A stretch of 64,000 nt of DNA from Chiloscyllium plagiosum (taxonomy: Eukaryota), in NCBI RefSeq assembly GCF_004010195.1, contig NC_057718.1:51045941-51109940 (forward strand), written 5' to 3'. The position numbers and the translations under genes are program-made. The notes under the pieces were generated by a model. The model ran no database searches. It worked only from the letters and a program-made list of their open reading frames with translations, and was not told the origin of the DNA. Shown here piece by piece: positions 51,691 through 62,919 of this stretch. The stretch's first letter is position 1, and each line of letters opens with the position of its first letter.

Positions 51691-52561
51691 TCGAGGAGAA
51701 AGTGAGGTCTGCAGATGCTGGAGATCAAAGTTGAAACTTTATTGCTGGAACAGCACAGCAGGTCAGGCAGCATCCAGGGAACAGGAGATTCGACGTTTCG
51801 GGCACAGGTCCTTCTTCAGGAATGAGCAGAGAGTGTTCAGCAGGAGAAGATAAAAGGTAGGGAGGAGGGACTTGGAGGAGGCTTGCGCCCATACCTCCCC
51901 CCTCACTTCTCTCCAAGGCCCCAAAGGAAACTTCCATATCCGCCACAGATTCACCTGCACCTCCACTCACATCATCTACTGCATCCGCTGCAGCCGGTGT
52001 GGCCTCCTCTATATTGGGGAGACAGGCCGCCTACTTGCGGAGCGATTCAGAGAGCACCTCTGGGCCACCCGGACGAACCAACCCAACCACCCTGTGGCAC
52101 AGCATTTCAACTCCCCCTCCCACTCCACCGAGGATATGCAGGTCATTGGACTCATCCACCGCCAAACCACAACAACGCGACGGTCGGAGGAGGAGCGTCT
52201 TATCTTCCGACTGGGAGCCCTCCAACCGCAGGGGATGAACTTGGACTTCACCAGTTTCTTCATCCCCCCTCCCCCACCTTGTCTCAGCCGGGTCCCTCCC
52301 GCCCGGCACCGCCTTCCTGTCCTGCAGTCTTCTTCTTGTCCTCTCCGCCTCCATCCTACTCCGACCTATCACCCTCACCTTGACCTCTTTCCACCTATCA
52401 CATTTCCAACTCCCCTCCTCCAAGTCCCTCCTCCCTACCTTTTATCTTCTCCTGCTGAACACTCTCTGCTCATTCCTGAAGAAGGGCCTGTGCCCGAAAC
52501 GTCGAATCTCCTGTTCCCTGGATGCTGCCTGACCTGCTGTGCTGTTCCAGCAATAAAGTTT
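51691..52561 (+). mobile_element. Young 5'-truncated Penelope-like element with GIY-YIG endonuclease and inverted 5' terminal repeat; 14-bp TSD
   Basis: FTCTSTHIIYCIRCSRCGLLYIGETGRLLAERFREH. About 51731-51880 is the reverse complement of about 52412-52561. cagccatattctct occurs at 51677-51690 and 52562-52575. Confidence 0.95.
52472..52507 (+). ncRNA. Minimal type I hammerhead ribozyme in the Penelope terminal repeat
   Basis: attc-CTGAAGA-a-gggc-ctgt-gccc-GAAA-cg-TC-gaat: stem I attc/gaat, stem II gggc/gccc, palindromic ACGT stem III. Confidence 0.8.
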
Positions 52562-52865
52562 CAGCCATATTCTCTGCAAACTTACTGCTTTACGCTGGAG
52601 CTCAGAGCTAAATGAGAAAGAAACAGCTCATCAATCAGAGATTATTAAATGTAAGAAAAATAGAAAAAAAACTTGCATAGTTATCAATAGCTTTGGATAG
52701 CATTTAAAAACTGTAAAAAACGTTAATGACAACATTTCCAACACTCAATTGGAAAATAGTTCTCTTTATTGTTAATTTGTTCTGATCATATGTCAAACTG
52801 TTTTCTAGACCTCAATATATGCAAACCAGATAAACAAGCCACTAAAATTAAAATTGCTGCAGATA

Positions 52866-53179
52866 ATTAGATTAGATTACTTACAGTGTGGAAACAGGCC
52901 CTTCGGCCCAACAAGTCCACACCGCCCCGCCGAAGCGCAACCCACCCATACCCCTACATTTACCCCTTACCTAACACTACGGGCAATTTAGCATGGCCAA
53001 TTCACCTGACCCTGCACATCTTTGGACTGTGGGAGGAAACCAGAGCGCCCGGAGGAAACCCACGCAGACACGGGGAGAACGTGCAAACTCCACACAGTCA
53101 GTCGCCTGAGTCGGGAATTGAACCCGGGTCTCTGGCGCTGTGAGGCAGCAGTGCTAACCACTGTGCCACCGTGCCGCCC
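52866..53179 (-). mobile_element. HE1/V-type SINE, young copy
   Basis: Family match. Confidence 0.95.
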
Positions 53180-53254
53180 ACCATAATGGAGACCTCAATA
53201 GACTGAATGCATTAGATCTGTCCAATAGCCATACAGAGAACCTAAAAAAAATAT

Positions 53255-53580
53255 TAGAATTAGAATCTCTACAGTGTGGAAACAGGCCTTTTGGCCCAAT
53301 AAGTCCACACCAACCCTCCGAAGAGTAACCCACCCAGACCCATTCCCCTACCATTTCACCTATATTTATCCCTGAACACTATGGGCAATTTAGCCTGGCC
53401 AATTCACCTAACCTGCACATCTTTGGATTATGGAACGAAACCAGAGCAGCCAGAGGAAACTCTTGCAGACTTGGAGAAAATGCACAAACTCCACACAGAC
53501 AGACACCCGAGGCTAGAATTGAACCCGGGTCACTGGCGCTGTGAAGTAGCAGTGCTAAGTACTGAGCCACCGTGCCGTCC
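53255..53580 (-). mobile_element. HE1/V-type SINE
   Basis: Family match. Confidence 0.9.
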
Positions 53581-54123
53581 TAAAGAAAGTGAATATTGTC
53601 AGTACTTGAAAGTCAGTTAGGAGTGGAATTTAACTTTAGCATACACTGCATGAAATTCATGTCCTTTTGGCAACAACCAAATAGAGACCATCAATCAGTT
53701 CAGAAGTAAATTTCGAGATGAGGGGCACCATTCTGACTTCATGTCAACAGGGCTAGTCAACAGAACAACCAGTTCATGACAGCAATTATCACAATGGAAG
53801 CATTCCTAAATGACATCTTGGACAAACCCAAAGGTTACCCAATGAAAATGCTATGACAAAACAAATATGAAGCCATATGTATGGAAAGACAGAGATGACA
53901 AGCTTTGGGTAATTTGTCTTCCATTAGCACAATGTTAGCAAGCCTGGTAAGTGGAAGCAGTTATGCCACCTTAGACTGCAAGAACCTTTAAAGCCTATAA
54001 GTCTTACAGCAGAGGTCATTAGAGGCATCAATATAAGATTCAAAGGCTAACACAAGCTGTTCAATATTGTGTGAAGCCACACCAGCAACCAGAGGGATAC
54101 AACATTCAAAACAACCAACTTTC

Positions 54124-54257
54124 AGTCCTGATGAAGGGCTTTTGCCCGAAACATCGATATTCCTACTCCTCAGATGCTGCCTGACCTGATGTGCTTTTCC
54201 AGCACCACTCTAATCTTGACTCTGATTTCCAGCATCTGCAGTCCTCACTTTTGCCTA
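54124..54257 (+). mobile_element. Penelope terminal-repeat fragment with hammerhead core
   Basis: cctgatgaagggcttttgcccgaaacatcgat..cagcatctgcagtcctcacttt. Confidence 0.8.
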
Positions 54258-54813
54258 GTGCTTACATCAAGACAAGTTGCAAGAGAATGAGACAACAGAT
54301 GCAATATGCAACCTTTCATTGAGAAAATCCAGAACTGTGGCTCAAATTCATTTTCTTCGCCATTTATCCCAGTCACAGGAAACCAATACTGCTCAAATAA
54401 AATTTAAAGTTACATTAAACATAATTTACAAAGACTTCTCAATTCTCTCATCTTTTACATGCAATTTACTAAAATCCTGACCTTGCCATGTTAATGTATT
54501 ACCGGCATCCAAATATAACTTAATTAAACCTATAAGTGTATGCACTGGATCATTAGTTGTTCTTCTCTCCAAATATTACAAAATTCTCACTCTCACCTAC
54601 TCCCAGTCTCCCCATTCTTGCAGAATTAAACCTTCTCCAATGAATGTTTTAAAGAGAGAGATTTTCCACTGGTACTGTACAACTAGGCCGCTATACATAA
54701 AAACATGTATTTATATAGCACATATAAATCAAACAAGTCAGCTTGGGGATAAATATGATTTTGAAGAGAGAAAAGTGGAAAATATTTGAAATGTAGTAGA
54801 AAAGATAATTTGC

Positions 54814-55057
54814 CCTTCAGGCTCTTTTCTAACATGAGCGATATTGCCTGCTTGCTGGTTATTGAGCTGAAGTCAACATTGATCGTGAAGTAGGAATCGC
54901 GGAATTGTGAATTATGTATTCACTGAGCAAGGAGTATAATAATCATGACTTAGCCAGCCAATTCGAACTATCGGTGACCCAGTGGCAGATCTCCTTGCAC
55001 AATAATGCTGTCTCATGTGAACAGAAATATTGTCCGAATCCCTTGCAATCACATAGC
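54814..55057 (-). pseudogene. LDLa plus SEA N-terminal pseudo-exon
   Basis: tctgactcatag acceptor. LCDCKGFGQYFCSHETALLCKEICHWVTDSSNWLAKS*, then QFRDSYFTINVDFSS. Confidence 0.5.
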
Positions 55058-55511
55058 CTATGAGTCAGAACTTAGGCTACATTTTAAAAAAAAGCCTCCC
55101 AAAACTTGCAAATTTTAGCAAACTGTCAAAAATTTGTAAAAAGGAAAATTCAAATATAGTATCATTCAAAATTGTCAGTTTAATCTCAGGTAGTATTTTT
55201 GACTTGAGACCTGACTTGGCTTTGCATGCTGGAAACTAGCTTGACTGTATTACTAACGTCTTGTAAAATCCTATGAGTCTCGTGATTCTTTGTACTCACA
55301 TCAGGGTGTGTCTCTGTTGATTAAACAAAATGTTTGTCTATAGACTGCATAGCAACACAAGCTTATTCAGAGCACAGAAGGCACAATTAAGGTACTCAAA
55401 AAAAATCTGTAAGGAAGCTCAAACATTAAAAGGGTGACGCTGGTCAGTTACAAACAAAATAATTCAGCATGATTAGATCCTCATGTATGAAGGCATTCAA
55501 ATGAGACATAC

Positions 55512-55807
55512 ATTATTAAGTCACTACTCTGGTTGGAAATTCTTTTTTAAAAACTTTATGTGGTCACTCTTGCAGAATTTCTGTTTGGAAGAATTTCTGA
55601 TTGTTACCATGATCATATTTGGTTCCATGTAACCAACAGGGTTCATCAGTGAAATCCAGTAACATTTCTGAAAACACTGAGTGACAGCACATTAAGAACA
55701 AGCCCTAAGTATAAAAGGCACAGCGTTATAACCTACACAAGAGTATGCCATGTTGCTCCAATTTCTGGAGAAAATAAGAAAGAAAATGAGGTTTCAGAAG
55801 TCCCTGA
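55512..55807 (-). pseudogene. CUB pseudo-exon
   Basis: catctctctgcag acceptor and gtatgt donor. QGLLKPHFLSYF/ATWHTLV/QCFQKCYWIS. Confidence 0.5.
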
Positions 55808-56157
55808 CTGCAGAGAGATGTCACATCATGCTAAACAAAATGATATGCAACTCCACAAGGCCATGTTTGAACCTGCTTTCAGGGAGACCTCAGTGGCATT
55901 AAGAAATAAAATGTTTAAGTCTTTTTTTCACAAGGTAGACATAACCAAGTTTTTTAAAAGGTTGGTTCTACACGGTAATTCATCTCTATTACTTTCCTAA
56001 CAATTCAGAGAGAATAGGCCCTTTACACTGCTACACAATTCACCAAATTAAATAATATGAAACTCATAGACAAAAATTGTTAAGTTGATTATCCAATTTG
56101 TTAAGCATTTCTCAATTTATAACCCTTTCAATATCATTTCTCATACTATTTCATTAC

Positions 56158-56620
56158 TGTGAGGGCTACATTAGTAACACCTTTCAAGGTGAAAAATTAT
56201 GTTTAGCAGGGGAATATGCTCCTGTCAGCATGAATATGGCATGACCCACAAACGATGAAGGTTGATGGAAAAACCTTTTTGACGAAAGGGAATTGAATGG
56301 ATCAGTAATACAGCAAATTTATAACTGATACTTCAACTGTCATTCAATATGAACTTGCTTAATATTTATTTCCATTAATCAAATAAATGATAGGACCTGA
56401 AGAAGCTTAAATTGATCAGGGAAATAACATTTCATTAAAAAAATTAAATGTATTACTTAATTTCAGATTGAGTTGAGAATAGTGAAGTGTAAAAAGCTAT
56501 TAACTGCATTGTGGAGTTTTGCCAAATTGTTTAATCGGAATAGTGACTGACATAGAAATACATTCCCATCAGTATGGCAGTATTAAAAGGGAAAAAGGGC
56601 ATAATCCCGGCAGTTGAAGT
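56158..56620 (-). pseudogene. Two CUB-like pseudo-exons (about 56456-56620 and 56158-56324)
   Basis: GIMPFFPF/..FLCQSLFRL..FLHFT and ITDPFNSLSSKRFFHQPSSFVGHAIFML. Confidence 0.4.
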
Positions 56621-57399
56621 TGTGGGCCTGAAATTCACACTCTTTTGGATATGGGACCAATTTAAATGAGATCAGGTACCTGCAGACCTCCTAATGGCTT
56701 ACCAACAATTGGGCTTTAACATTCAGACTGCTGCAATTGTGGAATGGTATATAGGAAGGGATGGGCAAATAGGAAATCTGGAAACAAGGTATTCAGGCCT
56801 GGAGAGAGCAACAGCCATCAGCGCAGCAAAGGAGTAACTGGCTGTACTAGTGAATGAAATATTCTGGTCCAACTCATCTTCTATGGCTCAAAATGGAGAT
56901 CCAGTACAGACTATTTATTTCCCAGTATTGCTGTTTTGCTTTACTATTTATTTTCCCTCTGTGACTCATGGACAAAAGCCATTAAGCTGATTATCTAATT
57001 TGTTAAGCATTTCTCACACATGTGTTAAGCTCCTTATTCGTTAACACAGAGAGTCCAATGTTCTTTTTAGCTGCAAGCACTGATTGGCAAATGTTTTGCC
57101 GACATTAATACAGCAGGTTCTGTGATTCAATAGAGGGGCGAGCATGCATATGTTTCTTGTCAGTCATAATTGATGGTTATGAGACATAAGGGGCATCCTA
57201 TGCATAAGACAATGAACATGGCTGAGGCCAGAGAGTCATAGAGTTGTACAGCATGAAACAGACCTTTTAATTCAACTTGTCCATGCCAATCAAATATCCT
57301 CAATTAATTTTGTTCCATTTGCTAGCATTTGGCTCATATCACTCCAGATGTCTTTTAAATGTTGTTGTTGTAACAGCCTTCACCACTTCCACTGGCTCA

Positions 57400-58455
57400 A
57401 AGAAGACAGAGGGTGGTGGTGGTGGGTTGATTTTCAGACTGGAGGCCTGTGACCAGTGGAGTGCCATAAGGACCAGTGCTGGGTCCTCTACTTTTTGTCA
57501 TTTACATAAATGATTTGGATGCGAGCATAAGATGTACAGTTAGTAAGCTTGCAGATGACACCAAAATTGGAGGTTTAGAAGACAGCGAAGAGGGTTACCT
57601 CAGATTACAACAGGATCTTGACCAGATGGGCCAATGGACTGAGAAATGGCAGATGGAGTTTAATTCAGATAAATGTGAGGTGCTGCATTTTGGGAAAGCA
57701 AATCTTAGCAGGACTTATACACTTTATGGTAAGGTCCTAGGGAGTGTTGCTGAACAAAGAGACCTTGGAGTGCAGGTTCATAGCTCCTTGAAAGTGAAGT
57801 CACAGGTAGATAGGATAGTGAAGAAGGCATTTGGTATGCTTTTCTTTATTGGTCAGAGTATTGAGTACAGGAGTTGGGAGGTCATGTTGCGGCTGTACAG
57901 GGCATTGGTTAGGCCACTGTTGGGATATTGCATGCAATTCTGGTCTCCTTCCTATCGGAAAGATGTTGTGAAACTTGAAAGGGTTCAGAAAGAATTTATA
58001 AGGATGTTGCCAGGGTTGGAGGATTTGAGCTATAGGGAGAGGCTGAACTGTTTTTCCCTGGAGCATCGGAGATTGAGGGGTGACCTTATAGAGGTTTACA
58101 AAATTATGAAGGGCATGGATAGGGTAAATAGGCAAAGTTTTTTCCTTGAGATGAGGGAGTCCAGAACTAGAGGGCATAGGTTTAGGGTGATAGGGGGAAG
58201 ATATAAAAGAGACCTAAGGGGCAACGTTTTCACACAAAGGGTGTATGGAATGAGGTGCCAGAGGAAGTGTTGAGGCTGGTACAATTGCAACATTTAAGAG
58301 GTATTTTGATGGGTATATGAATATGAAGGGTTTGGAGGGATATGGGCTGGGTGCTGGCAGGTGGGACTAGATTGGGTTGGGATATCTGGTCAGCATGGAT
58401 GGGTTGGACCAAAGGATCTGTATCCATGCTGTACATCTCTATGACTCCATGACTC
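57400..58455 (+). mobile_element. CR1 LINE RT C-terminal fragment (265-aa open frame) inserted in an opposite-strand CR1 tail (57236-57395 / 58456-58670)
   Basis: LGPLLFVIYINDLD..SKLADDTKIGG..WQMEFNSDKCEVLHFG. Confidence 0.95.
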
Positions 58456-58679
58456 TGGCAGCTCATTATATACATGCACCACCCACTGTATGAAAAAGTT
58501 GTCCTTTTCAAATCTTTCCCCTCACCTTAGATCTACACCCTCTAGTTTTGTCTCACCTACACTGGGGAAGAGACCTTGGTTATTCACCTTAACCATGCTC
58601 CTCATGATTTTATAAACCTCTATAAGGTCATCCCTCAGCCTCCAACGCTACATGGCAAATAGCCCCAAACCCGAGAAGA

Positions 58680-60548
58680 CAGACATTGTAGATAGAGATT
58701 TCATTTGGGATTGTCTAGAACATGTTAAGATGAATAAGGAGAACGTATTTGATGTTTTAGAGGGAATACAGGTGCACAACACCCTTGGACTTGATGAGAT
58801 GTATTTCAGGCTTTTATGAGAGGTAAGGGAGGAGATCGCTGAGGCCCTGGAAGGAGATATGTAATACCTTGCTGGTCACAGTGGAGTACCAGATGATTGG
58901 AAGATATTTAATACAATTTCTTTGTTCAAGAATGGCAGCAGGAACAGGCCAGGTAATTACAGACCAGTTAGTCTAATGTCAGTAAAAAAAGAAATGATTG
59001 GAAAAAATGCAAAAGTGCAAGATTAATCAATATTTGGAAAGGCAGGGTTTGATCACAGGTAGTTGGCATGGATTTATTAAAGGGAGATTCTGTCTGACTA
59101 ATTTTTGAGTTTTCAGTTTTTTTGAGAATGTAACTGAATATACTGATGAGGTTGGTGCCTTTGATATGGTTTACATCAACTTCAGTAAGGCCTTGGACAA
59201 GGTCACACATGGGAGACTGCTCTAAAAGATAAGAGATCTGGGATCCAAGATAAGTTGACAAATTGGATCCAAAACTGGCTTACAAACAGGGGGTGAAGGG
59301 TAATGATGGATGGTTGTTTTTGTAATTGGTAGCTTGTGACCGGTGTACTGCAACGATCAATGCTGGGACCCTTGTTAGTTATGTACATTAACAACTTGGA
59401 TGTGAATGGAGAAGGTATAGTTAGTGAGTTTGCACATGACACAGAAATTTGTGGTGTTGTTGATAGTGAGGAGGATGGTTTTAGGCTACATCTGAGAATG
59501 ATCAGCTGGTAATTTGGGCACAGCAATAGCAGATGAAATTTAATTCTAATAAGTGTGAGGTGACACTGAAATAATTCCACAGAGACTGGTATCCAATCAC
59601 CAAGTCACCCTTCTACTAACTGATCCAGCTTCCTCAGAGCCAGCTCTCAGAGTATAGAGAATCTCTGACAGTCCTTTCCCTATATGTCAGCCTGGGCTTC
59701 CTGACTGGATCAGATTAACAGCCCTAATCAGGCAACTCGTGTTCTATGAGGTCCACCTAGCTCAGTCCAGATACATTTTAGGATGTTGAATATGGGAAGG
59801 ATATACACAGTGAATGGTGCGTCCTTGACGAGCACTGAGGAACAAAGGGACCTTGGTGTACCAGTCCATAGATCACCGAAAATATCAACACAGGTAGACA
59901 AGGGAGTGAAGAAGACATGCAGGATGCTTGAGTTCATTGAGTATAAGAGCAAAGAAGTCTTGTTATGACTTTATAAAACACTGGTTAGGCCACAGAAGAA
60001 ATACTATGTGCAGTTCTGGTCACCACAATATCAGACGAATGTGATTGCATTGGTGAGGGTGCAGGGGAGATTCACCAGGATTCTACCTCGAACATCCAGT
60101 CTCAGTCATGGGCAAAGACTGGATAGGCTTGGTTTGTTTTCCTTGGAGCAGAAGAGATTGAGGGTGAATCTGATTGAGGTATGCAAAATTACGAGAGACT
60201 GAGACTGAGTAGATCATGAGAATCTCTTCCTTGTGACAGATATGTCTAAGACCAGAGGGCTGAAGTTTAAGGTGAAGTGCAAGTGGTTATGAAAGGATGA
60301 GGAATCTTTTTTGACTTAGCGTGTGGTAGAAATATGGAACGTGCTACCTGAGGTGATGGTGGAGATAAGTTATCTCATAACATTTAAGAAGCATCTGGAT
60401 GACTACTTAAAATTTCAGAGCATAGTGGGTGTTGGACCAAGTACAGGCAAATGGTATTGATGTAGTTTAGTGTTTGTTGTTCAACATAGAAATGCTGGGC
60501 CAAAGGGCCTGTTTCTGTGCTGCATGGCTCTACGACTCTCTCTGTGAC
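58680..60548 (+). mobile_element. Older CR1 LINE ORF2 fragment interrupted by a solo LTR
   Basis: PGNYRPVSLMS, FSKALDKV and QRDLGVPVHRS, followed by a CR1 tail. Confidence 0.9.
59564..59762 (-). mobile_element. Solo-LTR-like insertion
   Basis: Interrupts the CR1 at KCEV..HFR. Homologous to 588-750. Confidence 0.6.
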
Positions 60549-60563
60549 TCTAATTTGCCTGAG

Positions 60564-61280
60564 TCTACAAAGAGGCAATGCAGATCACTAAATCAAACAT
60601 GCGGACAGTTGCAGTATCGTATCATTCACAATGGAGAAACTTACTGACTTCCGTGGGGCTGTGTTAACGGGTGCAGCATCATCAAATTGAAATATTGTTA
60701 ATCTAAATGTAAGCTTCAGGTTTGTGAACAAAATTGTGTCACTATTATCACCAAATAGAATGCCAACAGTATGGAAATTCAATACATGGAAGAATCATTG
60801 AATATATTCAACAACCTGATCTTTGAATCTCCAACACTCCTTACTGTGTGAAAATATTGATGCACATAGATTGATTTTAAAATATTAACAAAGTGTCTTT
60901 TAGATTTGATTACAACAGCAAACTATGTATCTGAGAAAAGAATGACCTTAACAATTTTAAAGTGATGGGGAAGAGGACATTTGTTTTTAGTTGTGATGTG
61001 TTACTAACACTGCGAAAAGGTAGAATGATTTGACAATTTTAGAAGAAGTATCCAGAGAAAATATTCACTCCGTGTTTCCAATGTCAGTAACATATGAATA
61101 GAAAGCACTGTGGTCAATATTAGCAGATGATTATTTCAACCTAAATTTTTCAAAGCCCCAGAAATGGTGTGGCATTCTACAAAGAGACAATGCAGATCAC
61201 TAAATCAGACATGCGGACGGATGCAGTATCGTATCATTCACAATGAAGAAACTTACTGACTTCTGTGGGGCTGCGTTAAC
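60564..61280. repeat. 105-bp direct duplication (60564-60668 / 61176-61280)
   Basis: 7 mismatches counted by eye. Confidence 0.9.
60645..60815 (-). pseudogene. CUB C-terminal-like pseudo-exon
   Basis: gatcag acceptor and tca|gtaagt donor. NFHTVGILFGDNSDTILFTNLKLTF. Confidence 0.45.
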
Positions 61281-62155
61281 AATCACCGTAATGTTCAATG
61301 CATTTTCTGAACATATTTAATTTTATCTTGTAACATAGTTGCTGACAGTGTTATTCACTCACTTAAAACAAGCAAAACAGTGAGTCAATTATCAGTAGCA
61401 AGCTTCCTTAAGCTATTAGTTTTTGTTTTAAGTTGGATAGCTTGTCATTTTTGCTTTCAGCATTTTCCTTTATTTGCATTTTTATTCATTTGCATTAATT
61501 TCCCTGTATTTCAGTCTTAATTTGAAGCTTCAATTGCCGTCATTTTTTTTTGTTCTTTTCAGTTATCTTGCTTCAAGCTGCTCTCTTTACAAGTAGTAAT
61601 CAATGTCACAAGTATGGGAATTCCTTCACTGATTCCAATAATAGTCAAGGTTGAATAAGAAATTAGGCTGTTGAGGAAAGAAAAAAGGCAGGCGTGATAG
61701 TACCTTATGCATTTTTTCTGATCGTGTCCTTAGCTGAGTACCTACATTTCATGACATGCACTGTTCATCCTGAGCTTATGAAGCAGACCAGTTACAATTT
61801 GCTTCACAAAGGAGTCTATCTCCTGAAGGCTAACCTGCATCCTTGTACCAATGAGATTCTTCTTCCCATTAATGGAAAGGTCATGATCACTTACACTCCT
61901 GATCCTGTCAAGCTACACAAATCAACAAATGCCAAATTATTCAGTCATCCATCTGCAGTTTCCATGAGGAAAGCAATATAGTTTGCTTTGTGAGGAGCAA
62001 TATGTATATTATTTTGCCTGGAAAGGAGGCAAAAGCTAAACAAACCCACAGAACTTTCACATCAGAAGGGTTCACAGAGTTCCAAAGCATTAAAAATTTT
62101 ACAGATTCCAGCAAGCATAGGAAACCCTCCTGCCTGATGTCTTTTTGATAGCTTG

Positions 62156-62445
62156 GGCTGGATTTTTAAATGCCGGCTGGGTCTGGGACTTCTTTAGGGC
62201 ACCATTTAAAGTTCACAGCCTTGAAGGTAATCTCTGAATCACAATTACTTTGGGACAGTCTTCAATTTTGAAAGTATTGGCAGGGCCCAGGAAGAAAGAG
62301 GGAAACCTCCAACAAACTATCCATTCAATCTCTCTGGAAGCTGGTCAATGATCTGGGAGGTCAGAACTGTAACGGGGTAATGGGGTCAGAAACCAGATTT
62401 CATTCCGATGTTGTGTTCCCAATCCTGCTTTGAAAATCTGGTCCC
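62156..62445. mobile_element. Possible Harbinger-type MITE
   Basis: gggctggattttt ... gaaaatctggtccc imperfect TIRs. Confidence 0.45.
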
Positions 62446-62649
62446 TAATATCTAAATGGGCACTTTATTTTCATTTTGTTTCATCCAAACCTTAATATCA
62501 ATCTACCTCTCGAAATAGCATACAAACATTATATCTGAATGCGCTTCCCCTATCTTTTTTCCATTATAAATTCCTAGGCAGGAGAGATAGAATTTTCCAG
62601 AGTTTCTTGTAGGATGTGAATATCAGAAAATTGTTGTAAAGTTACTTAC

Positions 62650-62848
62650 ATTGATAAAGTTTCCCTCCAATAATAATGTATACCCTCAGAGTTACCAATA
62701 ATTTCCTAAATTCATTGTGCTTGGTGATCAAGTGCATCGACCCCTACATTTGCAAGAAACTCTTTCCTCCTTTGACTACATTTATCATACAACTCTTTTC
62801 TATATATTTGTCATAATACAATGAAGTATTCTTGCAGTAGAATCATCA
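62650..62848 (-). pseudogene. CUB N-terminal pseudo-exon
   Basis: ccttctatcag acceptor and gtaagt donor. LYYDKYIEKSCMINVVKGGKSFLQM*..VYIIIGGKLYQ. Confidence 0.5.
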
Positions 62849-62919
62849 CTGATAGAAGGTTATACTCACAACATCCGATACAAAATCCACAACAGAACAA
62901 AACAATGAATGGGGAGTTA

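Larger units (their letters stand above)
1179..62848 (-). pseudogene. Multi-exon decayed mosaic protease gene (CUB/LDLa/SEA/trypsin/SEA/multi-CUB); probably extends beyond the window
   Basis: About 30 collinear minus-strand segments, most with pyrimidine-rich..AG acceptors and GT(A/G)AG-like donors. They translate to recognisable CUB, LDLa, SEA and trypsin motifs but carry many stops and frameshifts. Confidence 0.7.

Noticed and set aside
51872..52615. 247-aa ORF as a domesticated GIY-YIG gene
   Set aside because: It lies in a TSD-flanked truncated Penelope copy, and its start is created by the inversion junction.
57476..58273. 265-aa ORF as a host gene
   Set aside because: It is a 5'-truncated CR1 reverse-transcriptase fragment.
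1179..62848. Naming the pseudogene ST14, TMPRSS7, OVCH1 or CUBN
   Set aside because: The domain order fits none of them, and the sequence is too degenerate to assign orthology by eye.
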